Source of the DNA: an uncultured virus (IMG/VR IMGVR_UViG_3300021185_002094) | Lineage: Duplodnaviria; Heunggongvirae; Uroviricota; Caudoviricetes | Direction: 5' to 3' (one strand) | DNA: 64,000 bases | IMG/VR virus record: IMGVR_UViG_3300021185_002094 | Part shown: piece after piece, positions 1 through 8,996 of the stretch | Numbering within the stretch: position 1 is the first letter of the stretch | Layout of the letters: every line of letters begins with the position of its first letter | Program-made: the position numbers and the translations under genes | Notes under the pieces: model-generated | Told to the model about the DNA's origin: nothing | Seen by the model: only the letters and a program-made list of their open reading frames with translations | Database searches by the model: none

Positions 1-676
1 TTTCCATGGTGATGTAAAGTACATTCTTGCCTTGTTGTAATACCGATGCCGCACAATGACACATGAATAGAGACTTACCCACACCTGTTCCTGCCAAAGC
101 AATGTTCAAGGTTTTATTGGGTAAGCCACCCTTCGTAATCTTATTAAAGTAATCTAAATCAAATGGAGTTCTATCTTCTTTCGTATTATAGAAATCAAAT
201 CTTTCATCTGAATTATCAATATAATCATGACCAATAGCTTGATCAAATGAAACTCCTAGAGCATTCGATAGTATCTCTGGTATAGCACCATCGGTCTTAC
301 TAGTATCTTTGCCATCAATGATACCAATAGAATCCATGATAGCTAGATATACTGCTCTGTCTCTGCACCATTTTTCTGATTCTTTAATAAGATAATCAGT
401 ATCTATTACTTCTTCTTTCTGTAGGACTTTTACCAACTGAGATGCGTTATTTAGTAAATCATCATGAGCATCTATCTTTCTTAGTTCCAATTCTAATATA
501 CTTGAAGTAGGTAACTTATTATGTTTACCAACGAATGCTGTAATTAGACCGAATACAGTTCTGTGTTCACCTTCAAAGTATTCAGGCTTAATATACGGAA
601 TAACTCGTCTGCAATAACTTTCGTTATTGAGTAAGTTGCTCAGTATGTGTGTCGGTAGTTGGTGTTTTATGTCCAA
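1..676 (-). CDS. 41: Replicative DNA helicase gp41, N-terminal part (runs off window start)
   Basis: Not in ORF track. Manual translation from TTG at 676 (GAGG upstream): MDIKHQLPTHILSNLLNNESYCRRVIPYIKPEYF...LNIALAGTGVGKSLFMCH...NVLYITME (Walker A). Follows uvsX and gp40-like as in T4. Confidence 0.93.
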   Translation of the reverse strand, partial: MDIKHQLPTHILSNLLNNESYCRRVIPYIKPEYFEGEHRTVFGLITAFVGKHNKLPTSSILELELRKIDAHDDLLNNASQLVKVLQKEEVIDTDYLIKESEKWCRDRAVYLAIMDSIGIIDGKDTSKTDGAIPEILSNALGVSFDQAIGHDYIDNSDERFDFYNTKEDRTPFDLDYFNKITKGGLPNKTLNIALAGTGVGKSLFMCHCAASVLQQGKNVLYITME

Positions 677-989
677 TTTGTGCCTCTTTATTTTCTAGGT
701 TATCTGAAATAATATGTTGTAACAGAGCACCCAAGTAATTATTAAAATCAGGATCCTTTTCTAACTTCTCTATATCATAATCAACTGGATCTTGAATAGT
801 ATAATTAAATGAAAGTGTTGCAGAACCTGCATTCTTATCTTCTCTCACGGAAACTTTTCCGTAAACAAATACTACATTTTTCCATTTACCAGTTTTTAAT
901 CTTATTCCATAGAAGTCAGCAAGTTCTCCTGCATCATTTTCAACTAGTGTATAATCTTTATCGGATATACTAGATATATTATACTCCAT
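624..989 (-). CDS. gp40-like head vertex assembly chaperone
   Basis: 121 aa between uvsX and gp41 (T4 gp40 position); G...YGKV...LSFNY pattern. Confidence 0.55.
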   Translation of the reverse strand: MEYNISSISDKDYTLVENDAGELADFYGIRLKTGKWKNVVFVYGKVSVREDKNAGSATLSFNYTIQDPVDYDIEKLEKDPDFNNYLGALLQHIISDNLENKEAQIGHKTPTTDTHTEQLTQ

Positions 990-990
990 T

Positions 991-2046
991 TTACTCTTCC
1001 TGTAAAGTGGTTTCTAAATCAATTTCTAATAAAGGTTTGTGGCCGATCTGATAGTAAGACTTAATGAACTTTGCAAAATCTGTACCTGTTAAGATAGGTT
1101 CCCAGAATTCTTTAGTAAGTGTATCTTTCTGTCTTACTTTAGGTTGTACTACTTCACCTGTTGCTTGATCTACTCTGGCATACCAACCCATAGTTGGTTT
1201 AACCACATAGTTACCAGCCAAGGCAATTTCTAGTAGGCCTGAATACTGTTCGATGCCACCTTCCCATGATACTGATACTGGAATCTTTGATTTCTCTTTT
1301 ACAAATCTTGACTTCTCTACATTAATAATAAAGTCATAACCTGTAACATCACTGCCAGTTTTATTTTGTCTACGGCCTAGAATCCAAATGTTATCAGCTG
1401 AGTAGTAAATACCAGTACCACCTGATACGATAGCTTTAGGGAATAATCCAATCTCTTGATAAGTATGATTAACTGCAAGTAATGGCACATTTTTCATAGT
1501 AAGATATGGAGTAACCATTCTGAAAAGTCCTTTTAAAGCCTTAGCCCTAGACATATCAGCAACACCTTTTTCATTTAAGGCATCTTCTAGTTCTTTCTTA
1601 GACGCAAGGTTACCAATAGAATCAATCACAATGATTACTTTATCACCACGCTCGATATTATCTAACTGACCTACTAAATCAAACTTGAGTTGTTCTACAT
1701 CTGTAATTGGTGTATGTAATACTCTATCAGTATCAATACCAAATGCCTCGAAATACGATTGAGGTGAACCGAACTCGGAATCATAGAATAACATTACTGC
1801 GTCTTCGTGTTCTTTCATATAGGCACCAGCCATAAGTAAAGCAAAACTTGTCTTAAAGTGTTTACTTGGCCCTGCCAATACAGTTAGGCCTGAGGTAAGA
1901 CCACCTTCAATATCACCCGATAAGGCGACATTTACCATAGGTACTTCTGTTGGTACCATATCTTTTTCTGTAAAGAAAATCGATTTAGATAAGACTGATG
2001 TTGTCTTAATCTTCGAATTCTTTTTTAATTTATCCATTATTGACAT
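991..2046 (-). CDS. uvsX: RecA-like recombinase UvsX
   Basis: LAGPSKHFKT Walker A, FYDSEFG, IDSIGNLAS, DMSRAK, VSGGTG. Confidence 0.97.
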   Translation of the reverse strand: MSIMDKLKKNSKIKTTSVLSKSIFFTEKDMVPTEVPMVNVALSGDIEGGLTSGLTVLAGPSKHFKTSFALLMAGAYMKEHEDAVMLFYDSEFGSPQSYFEAFGIDTDRVLHTPITDVEQLKFDLVGQLDNIERGDKVIIVIDSIGNLASKKELEDALNEKGVADMSRAKALKGLFRMVTPYLTMKNVPLLAVNHTYQEIGLFPKAIVSGGTGIYYSADNIWILGRRQNKTGSDVTGYDFIINVEKSRFVKEKSKIPVSVSWEGGIEQYSGLLEIALAGNYVVKPTMGWYARVDQATGEVVQPKVRQKDTLTKEFWEPILTGTDFAKFIKSYYQIGHKPLLEIDLETTLQEE

Positions 2047-2315
2047 TATCTTTTTCTCCTGGAACTACCCGTCCCTAATTGTTGCATGATGGCCCTTTCT
2101 TTTTTTCTCCACCTTGCGACGGCTTCGGCCTTTTTACGTTTACGTTTTGCAGTAGGTTTTTCATAGAACTCCTTTCTGCGTACATCTTGCAGAGTACCAG
2201 CACGTTCGACAGCCTTTCTAAATTTTCTTAGGGCTACATCAAACGGCATTGGTTTCTGTGGTCGTTTATCCCTAGGGTTTCTTGGTTTCCTAGGTCTTAA
2301 ATCTATTGATGGCAT
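2046..2315 (-). CDS. rpsU: Phage-encoded 30S ribosomal protein bS21
   Basis: [11 protein letters not shown]...AG...[18 protein letters not shown]...AV matches the proteobacterial bS21 core. Confidence 0.93.
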   Translation of the reverse strand: MPSIDLRPRKPRNPRDKRPQKPMPFDVALRKFRKAVERAGTLQDVRRKEFYEKPTAKRKRKKAEAVARWRKKERAIMQQLGTGSSRRKR

Positions 2316-2342
2316 ATTTTCTCCTGTTTAAATATTAAGTAT

Positions 2343-2371
2343 ATTATACTACAAATCACTTAGAATGTAAA
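2343..2371 (-). promoter_or_regulatory. Early sigma70-type promoter for bS21-uvsX
   Basis: TTTACA-N17-TATAAT with GTAG before the -10. Confidence 0.85.
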
Positions 2372-2778
2372 GTGTTTTCTTTAATTCTTTTGCGTAAATT
2401 TGTAGTTGAAAAGCGATGATCTCGCTTATTGAAATAGAAATCAATATCTCTTTGTTTGCATAAATCTCTGCCGGTGAAGTCTTTGTCTCTATACTCTTCT
2501 CCCATAATCTTGACATTAATATCATACATTCCTAAAATATCTAGCAACTCTTCTTCTGTATTATATACTAGGATTTCATCCACATATTTAATAGCGGCGA
2601 GTTGTGCTTGTCTTTCTACTATATTCTGAACTGGTTTATTCTTCTCTAGTCTATCAACTGATGGATCATTCTGTAGTGCACAGATAAGATAATCACATTG
2701 TGTTTTTGCTTCTCTTAACATAGCACAATGACCTGCATGTAGCAAGTCAAATGTTGATGCTGTAATTCCTACTCTCAT
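2356..2778 (-). CDS. Glycerol-3-phosphate cytidylyltransferase-like (TagD family) nucleotidyltransferase
   Basis: ASTFDLLHAGH (HxGH) and C-terminal RFSTT. Start placed at ATG 2778 (ATGA overlap with the upstream stop); track start 2787. Confidence 0.85.
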   Translation of the reverse strand: MRVGITASTFDLLHAGHCAMLREAKTQCDYLICALQNDPSVDRLEKNKPVQNIVERQAQLAAIKYVDEILVYNTEEELLDILGMYDINVKIMGEEYRDKDFTGRDLCKQRDIDFYFNKRDHRFSTTNLRKRIKENTLHSK

Positions 2779-3443
2779 GATAACCAAAGTTCTATTGCTT
2801 GTTCTACAGATAATCCGTTTACGTTTATCATTTCTCCGTCAGCAGTTAGTTCATAATCTTTTTCATTATCTTGTACCCACTGATCTCTTAGCTCGTCTCT
2901 ATTCTTTGCACTAAACTTTACCTTTACCAATGGAATAAATGTATCTACTTCTGGAGTAACATATAATAAATATTCAATTCCATCGACTGTTGATTGAGTA
3001 AATACAAATGTTTTACCAGTTACCCACATACCTTTAACATGGTCTTGTATTTCGGGGTGGTCGTTATAAAATCTCATTGATTCTTTTACTGGATTAATTT
3101 GTTCTTTTTTCCATTCTGTATATAGATCATCCAATCTAGTAGGATTCCATAACTTTCCATATCTGCCTGAAACACTATTTAACTTAGGATTCGTAATTGC
3201 AATGATTGCTGCCTCTGCGGCAAAAGATGCAATGTCTTCCGAGGGGGTTGACTTGGCATATTTTTCCAAGTTTCTACCCATGATGTAAAGGTTTGCCGGG
3301 TCTTGATCTTTATCTTTAACGTGAGATAGACAACGGGTATCTACCCCTTTACCTACATACTCAGGTTGTTTATCAAGTCCTTCGGGGTAATATGCGTATA
3401 CATATTGACCAAGTGTTTCCATAAATGCTTTAGGATAAGCCAT
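2775..3443 (-). CDS. GIY-YIG (LEM-3-like) nuclease domain protein
   Basis: YVYAY...YVGKG...R...H...AEAAII...LN...G pattern in the N-terminal ~95 aa; C-terminal half not recognised. Confidence 0.6.
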   Translation of the reverse strand: MAYPKAFMETLGQYVYAYYPEGLDKQPEYVGKGVDTRCLSHVKDKDQDPANLYIMGRNLEKYAKSTPSEDIASFAAEAAIIAITNPKLNSVSGRYGKLWNPTRLDDLYTEWKKEQINPVKESMRFYNDHPEIQDHVKGMWVTGKTFVFTQSTVDGIEYLLYVTPEVDTFIPLVKVKFSAKNRDELRDQWVQDNEKDYELTADGEMINVNGLSVEQAIELWLS

Positions 3444-3463
3444 ATTTTTTCTCCATAATATAA

Positions 3464-3892
3464 TTAATCATTACCATAAACTAGCCCTTTAAGTCCAAGT
3501 GCTACTCTATTCTCCAAATGAGCCTTTTCAGTTAGCTCTTTATTCCCGCCGTAATATTCAACAGCATGAAAATCTTTAATCATTATTTGATTAACAGTTT
3601 CTACATCATTAGGTGATAATCGTAAGTCACCTAAAATACGGCCAAACTTACCTTTATCATGTGATGTTAAATAAACTTTATTATCATTTTCTTCTAATAG
3701 TTTTTTAAGATGAGCCTTAGAAGCCTTTCCAAAAAACTTTTCTTCTAAATCTCTTGTTCTTGATTCGGGTGTATCTATTCCTACCATTCTAACTCTTTGC
3801 TTCTTATAAGTCATTCCAAAACCTAAATCAACATCTACATCAATTGTGTCTCCGTCTACTACTCTTACCACATACGCTTTATACTGATACAT
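3464..3892 (-). CDS. Thermonuclease (SNase family)
   Basis: VVRVVDGDTIDV, VRMVGIDTPE, GKFGRILG. Confidence 0.9.
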   Translation of the reverse strand: MYQYKAYVVRVVDGDTIDVDVDLGFGMTYKKQRVRMVGIDTPESRTRDLEEKFFGKASKAHLKKLLEENDNKVYLTSHDKGKFGRILGDLRLSPNDVETVNQIMIKDFHAVEYYGGNKELTEKAHLENRVALGLKGLVYGND

Positions 3893-3900
3893 ATTTCCTC

Positions 3901-4146
3901 CTAATATCTAAAAGACCCCATATATTCTGGGCCTTTGGTTATAAATTCCATACCAGCCTTTGAACCAACATACTGATCGTGTTTCTTATTATATCTAAGA
4001 TAAACTTCAATTTTACCTTCAACCAATATCTTACATAAGTCTTTTGGTCTAAAGTTTGCTACATCAACTTCCATTGATTTTCCATTATCAGTGCATGTAA
4101 CTTGGCACACTGATTCGTATTGGTCTTGGTATTCTTTCTTTTGCAT
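3901..4146 (-). CDS. Hypothetical protein
   Basis: 81-aa ORF tightly packed in the operon. Confidence 0.7.
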   Translation of the reverse strand: MQKKEYQDQYESVCQVTCTDNGKSMEVDVANFRPKDLCKILVEGKIEVYLRYNKKHDQYVGSKAGMEFITKGPEYMGSFRY

Positions 4147-4154
4147 AATATATC

Positions 4155-4673
4155 CTATTTATAAAAAATGTGGTTGTCAATAGTAACAACTCTAGTTAAG
4201 TATGGAGCCCAATATGGTAAAACAAAGTCTGCATGATAATACAAAGCTCCTTCGGTTAAATCAGGTACTTCTCCCTCTAATACTAAATGTGCAATTCTAA
4301 GTGATTGCATCCATGTAACTGAGTCGGTTGGTTCATCTGACTTACCATCACAATACCAACTAAACTGGCATTTATTTCTAATAGGAACCATATTACCTTT
4401 CCAATTCTCTCTTAATTTTGCTTGATATACTACATCACATACTTCGTTAGGAAATTGTAAATCTTCTACCCTATTTAATACTACATTGGCAACTGCAACT
4501 CTACCTGCAAAGGGCTGGTTGGCTGATTCAAAATAAATGTTCTGTGCTAAACAAAATCTTGCTTGTGAGTATTCATCATCATTTTGTGTTGCGGCAACTT
4601 GTGGTATTAATAGAACTGCAACTACTAGTGCTGCAATCCATAAAGATATTTTTCCATAGTCTGGACTATTCAT
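4155..4673 (-). CDS. SleB-like cell wall hydrolase (Hydrolase_2)
   Basis: N-terminal hydrophobic segment; CLAQNIYFES, VANVVLNRV, CQFSWYCDGK, GALYYHA, HIFY. Confidence 0.92.
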   Translation of the reverse strand: MNSPDYGKISLWIAALVVAVLLIPQVAATQNDDEYSQARFCLAQNIYFESANQPFAGRVAVANVVLNRVEDLQFPNEVCDVVYQAKLRENWKGNMVPIRNKCQFSWYCDGKSDEPTDSVTWMQSLRIAHLVLEGEVPDLTEGALYYHADFVLPYWAPYLTRVVTIDNHIFYK

Positions 4674-5521
4674 AAGGTTTCCTCTATATATGTTTTTAAA
4701 CTTCTCTTAGGTTTCCACCCTAAGGCCTTTGTTCTATCTGTAACTAATTTGCCATTTTTTCTATTACCGGCTTTGTCTTCTTTAAATATAGGTGTTGCAC
4801 CTAGGTAAGATATTAGATCAAGTATTGAATGTTGTTCATCTGAACCGATACCATAGTTATCTCCATATCCTTTAAAACCTGCAAGTAGAATGCCTTCTAC
4901 AATATCATCAACGTGAGTAAAGTTTCTTAACTGCTTTCCTGTACCTGTTACTGGTAATTCTGTTGCACCTTCTTTTACCATTCTTAGAAACTTACCTACT
5001 ACTGTGGCATATTTGCCTCTATCTATTTCGTTATTACCATAGGCGTTATAGAAGTATACTATGGTATGATCTAGGCCAAACCATTCTGAATAATTAGTAA
5101 GTAATTCTGTGTTTTGTGCTTTGGTATATGCATACGGACTTGCAGCAGATGTATTATTAGCAAACTTAGTTGATGAACCAGAGTAAATAAGTTTTGCATC
5201 ATTGTGTGTTGCAAATCTTAATACTTCTGGAAACTGCATTAAGTTATAGTCCATAACTAAATCATAATCTTCAAACGATTGTTCTACTCTTGCATATTCA
5301 CCGAAGTGAAATATATAATCAAATGGGGTATGATTGCCAAGGGTGCTGAAAAGATCAAATGCATCTCCATAATAGTATGTACACCCATCATGTTTATTTG
5401 TATTTTTATTTGAATGGTGATTATCCATGGATACCACTTTGTGGCCTTGTTCTAATAATCTTTTAATGAGGTTAGAGCCTATGAATCCTTCTCCACCTGT
5501 TACTAATATATTTTCTTTCAT
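4670..5521 (-). CDS. NAD-dependent nucleotide-sugar epimerase/dehydratase (extended SDR)
   Basis: TGGEGFIG, catalytic PYAYTK (YxxxK), YFYNAYG, RNFTHVDDIV. Confidence 0.9.
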   Translation of the reverse strand: MKENILVTGGEGFIGSNLIKRLLEQGHKVVSMDNHHSNKNTNKHDGCTYYYGDAFDLFSTLGNHTPFDYIFHFGEYARVEQSFEDYDLVMDYNLMQFPEVLRFATHNDAKLIYSGSSTKFANNTSAASPYAYTKAQNTELLTNYSEWFGLDHTIVYFYNAYGNNEIDRGKYATVVGKFLRMVKEGATELPVTGTGKQLRNFTHVDDIVEGILLAGFKGYGDNYGIGSDEQHSILDLISYLGATPIFKEDKAGNRKNGKLVTDRTKALGWKPKRSLKTYIEETL

Positions 5522-5544
5522 AAACTTCTCGTTCTAATAGGTAT

Positions 5545-5573
5545 ATTATACTACACTTTTATATAAATGTAAA
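5545..5573 (-). promoter_or_regulatory. Early sigma70-type promoter for the epimerase operon
   Basis: TTTACA-N17-TATAAT. Confidence 0.85.
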
Positions 5574-5582
5574 GTGTTTTTG

Positions 5583-6764
5583 TTAATTATTATTAAATAC
5601 ATCTCGCGTATAAACTTTATCATAAACATCTAAGAGCTCAGATTCCATTCTATTGGTAATAATCACATCTGATTTTCTTTTAAACTCATTGATATTATGT
5701 ACTAAATCACAATCCATAATCTTAGTGGTAAAATCACAGAACTCTGGCTCGTAAATAATTACATTTGTTCTCTTCTTTAATCTTTCTATAACACCTTGTA
5801 TTGCAGAACTTCTAAAGTTATCTGAACCAGACTTCATAATCAGCCTATAGATACCTACTGTTTTAGGTCGTTTATATAATACTCTTCGAGTTACCCAATC
5901 CATTCTAGTATCGTTAGAATCAACTATTGATGATATAATATTGTTAGGTATATTACCTTTAGTGTAGAGTGCTTTTAATTGTTTTGTATCTTTGGGAAAA
6001 CAATAACCGCCATAACCAAATGAAGGATTATTATAGTGTCTGCCAATTCTTTCATCATAGCCCACACCTTCTATAATATCACGGGGACTAAGTCCAAATC
6101 TTTCTGCATACATATCCAGCTCATTAAAAAAGGCTACTCTCATTGCAAGATATCCATTTGCAAATAATTTAATTGCCTCTGCCTCTTTAGTTCCTGTATA
6201 TATCACTGGTGCCTCTGGAAAGTTTGGTATAATACATTCTTTTAATACATTGGCAAATTCTTCTGCCTCATCAGTCTTATCACCTATAACAATCCTTGTG
6301 GGTCTTAATGCATCTCTAAGTGCTCTTCCCTCTCTTAAAAACTCTGGCGAGAATATAATATTTTCGTATTGGTATTTCTCTCTCATTTCATCAACAAAGC
6401 CTACAGGTATCGTTGACTTAATTATAATAGTAGGTTTAAAGTTTCTTCTTACTACATCGCCAATAACATATTCTACTGACTTAGTATTAAAGGAATCTGA
6501 TTCTGGATCATAATCAGTTGGAGTTGCAATTAACACGATCTCTGGTTGATCTGTATATGCCTCATCTGCAGATGTAGTGGCAACTAATCCCACACTCTTT
6601 AACATATCAGAAATTTCTGGATCTATAATGGGTGATACTTTGTTATTGATTAGCTCTACTTTTTCTTTATCTAACTCTAATATCTTAACAACATTTTGTT
6701 GACCCAACATTGTTGCATTGGCCATACCAACGTATCCTGCACCTACTACTGTAATATCCCTCAT
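5583..6764 (-). CDS. ugd: UDP-glucose 6-dehydrogenase
   Basis: GAGYVG, IKSTIPVG, FSPEFLREG, catalytic GYGGYCFPKD, MKSGSDNFRSS. Confidence 0.95.
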   Translation of the reverse strand: MRDITVVGAGYVGMANATMLGQQNVVKILELDKEKVELINNKVSPIIDPEISDMLKSVGLVATTSADEAYTDQPEIVLIATPTDYDPESDSFNTKSVEYVIGDVVRRNFKPTIIIKSTIPVGFVDEMREKYQYENIIFSPEFLREGRALRDALRPTRIVIGDKTDEAEEFANVLKECIIPNFPEAPVIYTGTKEAEAIKLFANGYLAMRVAFFNELDMYAERFGLSPRDIIEGVGYDERIGRHYNNPSFGYGGYCFPKDTKQLKALYTKGNIPNNIISSIVDSNDTRMDWVTRRVLYKRPKTVGIYRLIMKSGSDNFRSSAIQGVIERLKKRTNVIIYEPEFCDFTTKIMDCDLVHNINEFKRKSDVIITNRMESELLDVYDKVYTRDVFNNN

Positions 6765-7687
6765 AAACTATTCCTATGTACAAATTCTAAGGCCCTTTCA
6801 GCCTCTTTATCTAATGGTCTTTTATTATACCAATTACCAGTATCTAAATCTAATTCCCTACATAAGTAGGCAATTTCTTTAGCAGTAATTGGATATTTAT
6901 TGTTTATTGCATTACCAGCCAGTGCTACCATTATCTGATACATTTTATGATACCAGCCACTGCCTGTAATCGTTCTATATTCTTGTTCTAATTTCTTTGG
7001 AAAGAAAGGACAGTCTTTATAACCAGTCCATGTAACCTTAGTATTTGTTAAAGATGATTTCATATGAGCCATCATGGCTTCTTGCATCTTCTTAGGCAAT
7101 TTATCAAAGAATGTATTACCACTTCTTTCTATATACTCGTGTCTTGACATAATATCCATAGGGGATATTGCCTTACCTTCTTTAGTAAAGATGAAGTTAT
7201 ATGCATTAGCATACTTGCCGGGTATATAATACATTCTTGATAAATCTTTGGTTTGTATATCACCCATTTCTCCAAGTTCCTTGTTGAGTGCAAACCAGAA
7301 ATGTTTAATCTTATCTTTTGTAACAAACTCAGTAAGGGGAAAGACAAGTCTAAACTTTGGCAAGTCCTTTGTGGATGAAGCAGTAGAGTAACAGATATAA
7401 TAATAATCTTTACACTTTTTCTCTAGGAACTGTTCTAAGTCCTCAGTGCAATCATCTACATCTATGGCACACCAGCCACCCCAGCCTTCTACATTATCGT
7501 TTTTCCTTGTACTACCAGCAGGATAAAAAGCAGGAGACATTAACTCTGCTGACTTTTTATCTTTTCTTGGTTTCTCGGATAGGCGATATAGTATAGATTC
7601 AAACTCTTTGAATGTTGGGAATACAAACTTCTTATCTGTCTTGATATCGAAGAGTGATTCAAATAGTGTACCAGAAACTTTATCCAT
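6761..7687 (-). CDS. Prim-Pol / archaeo-eukaryotic primase superfamily protein
   Basis: AIDVDD (DxD), YSTASS...PKFRLVFPL, D...KDLSRMYYIP, helical C-terminal domain. Confidence 0.7.
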   Translation of the reverse strand: MDKVSGTLFESLFDIKTDKKFVFPTFKEFESILYRLSEKPRKDKKSAELMSPAFYPAGSTRKNDNVEGWGGWCAIDVDDCTEDLEQFLEKKCKDYYYICYSTASSTKDLPKFRLVFPLTEFVTKDKIKHFWFALNKELGEMGDIQTKDLSRMYYIPGKYANAYNFIFTKEGKAISPMDIMSRHEYIERSGNTFFDKLPKKMQEAMMAHMKSSLTNTKVTWTGYKDCPFFPKKLEQEYRTITGSGWYHKMYQIMVALAGNAINNKYPITAKEIAYLCRELDLDTGNWYNKRPLDKEAERALEFVHRNSL

Positions 7688-7697
7688 AATATTGTAT

Positions 7698-7726
7698 ATT
7701 ATACTACAATTCAGTCTGTTTGTAAA
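7698..7726 (-). promoter_or_regulatory. Early sigma70-type promoter for Prim-Pol and ugd
   Basis: TTTACA-N17-TATAAT overlapping the upstream stop codon. Confidence 0.85.
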
Positions 7727-8637
7727 GAGGTTTTTAAAATTAATTTTAAATTTTTATAATCGTTAAAAAATCTTCTTTTATGTTCTAACTTGTAGCCCTT
7801 ACTTGATCCTTCTACTAACTCCACTACCCTAAAGTTTTTAGGCCAGAGTGATGCAAAGTAATCATAAAATTCTTTTCTTTTTTCAATAGTTGCCCAATCG
7901 GTAAGATTATTACCACCTTTGTTTGTGCCGGATGACGGCGTTTGGAAATTAATGTGAGAGAAGGCGATTGTACACATTCCTGCCTCTAGAGCATTTAATG
8001 TATAGTCCCAATCTTCTACAGTCTTGTCTCTCCATTCTTGTTCAAAATCATTGTTAATGATAGAACAGCCATACCCTAGTTGATTGAGCTTTACAGGGTG
8101 TGGTTTAGAAAATGCAAATGCATTTGAGGTCATACCACCAACTGCAACATTCTCAAAGAGTGAAAATACAGATTCAATAATTGACATTGAATTCACTAAA
8201 TTCACTTTCTTATTTTTATCATCCATTCTCATTGTAAAGTATTTCATATCATCATCCATTTGCCAGTGATATGATTCGCCTTCATTATTAGAATATCTTT
8301 TAATCCATGATCTAGCATATTGTATACCTTGATCATTTTTATCTAAGGTTAGAATATGAGTATGCGGAACAGTCTCAACGTATTGTTCGTAATCCTGGGG
8401 TTCAACTACTATCTTACATGGAATATTTTCTGCTCGACATAGGTCATATGTACTATGTGATGAAGCTCTTCCTTTAGAAGGGATATATACTGTGTATCTT
8501 TGTAGATTTTGATTTGCATAGTCTGCAATTAAATCTTCTACTAAAGCAACTAAATTAAATGTTGAACCCTGTTGAGTCCCATCCATCATAGCAAACAAGT
8601 CTTGATCTTCTTCTAAATACTTCTTTACATCAATCAT
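7711..8637 (-). CDS. TAGT/GREB1-like GT-A glycosyltransferase (copy 2)
   Basis: YTVYIPSKGRA, IVVEPQDYEQY, ARSWI, HWQMDDDM (DxD), EDWDYTL, GGN. Confidence 0.8.
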   Translation of the reverse strand: MIDVKKYLEEDQDLFAMMDGTQQGSTFNLVALVEDLIADYANQNLQRYTVYIPSKGRASSHSTYDLCRAENIPCKIVVEPQDYEQYVETVPHTHILTLDKNDQGIQYARSWIKRYSNNEGESYHWQMDDDMKYFTMRMDDKNKKVNLVNSMSIIESVFSLFENVAVGGMTSNAFAFSKPHPVKLNQLGYGCSIINNDFEQEWRDKTVEDWDYTLNALEAGMCTIAFSHINFQTPSSGTNKGGNNLTDWATIEKRKEFYDYFASLWPKNFRVVELVEGSSKGYKLEHKRRFFNDYKNLKLILKTSLQTD

Positions 8638-8996
8638 TATTCTACCCTAATCTCCTCATCACTAAGAACTGCATCCACATCTGGATTACCTTCTATCTGA
8701 TCTTCATGCATCCATCTAAGTAGTGAATTCTTAGATTTATCTGCTGCTGGATACCAAATACCTTTTGTTTTAGGTGTTACTGTTTGACCAACTAATTCTG
8801 CAAATGCCATTAAATCTTCTTCATTTCTAAATCTGATCTTTAACATTTTCCATGCTTCATTTTGTTTCTGATCGAATTCAGGCATAGAATCCCACTGATG
8901 TGGTGTTTCTATCTCTTCTTCTCCAGATAATACAAATAGACTTTCACCTTCGTAATTGGCTTGTCTATCTTTTGTTGAATTGTTTTTAACTGCCAT
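8637..8996 (-). CDS. Small protein coupled to both glycosyltransferases
   Basis: 119 aa, W..MPEF.Q...F....D...FA.L..Q.VT.KTK.IWYP; overlaps both neighbours. Confidence 0.75.
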   Translation of the reverse strand: MAVKNNSTKDRQANYEGESLFVLSGEEEIETPHQWDSMPEFDQKQNEAWKMLKIRFRNEEDLMAFAELVGQTVTPKTKGIWYPAADKSKNSLLRWMHEDQIEGNPDVDAVLSDEEIRVE

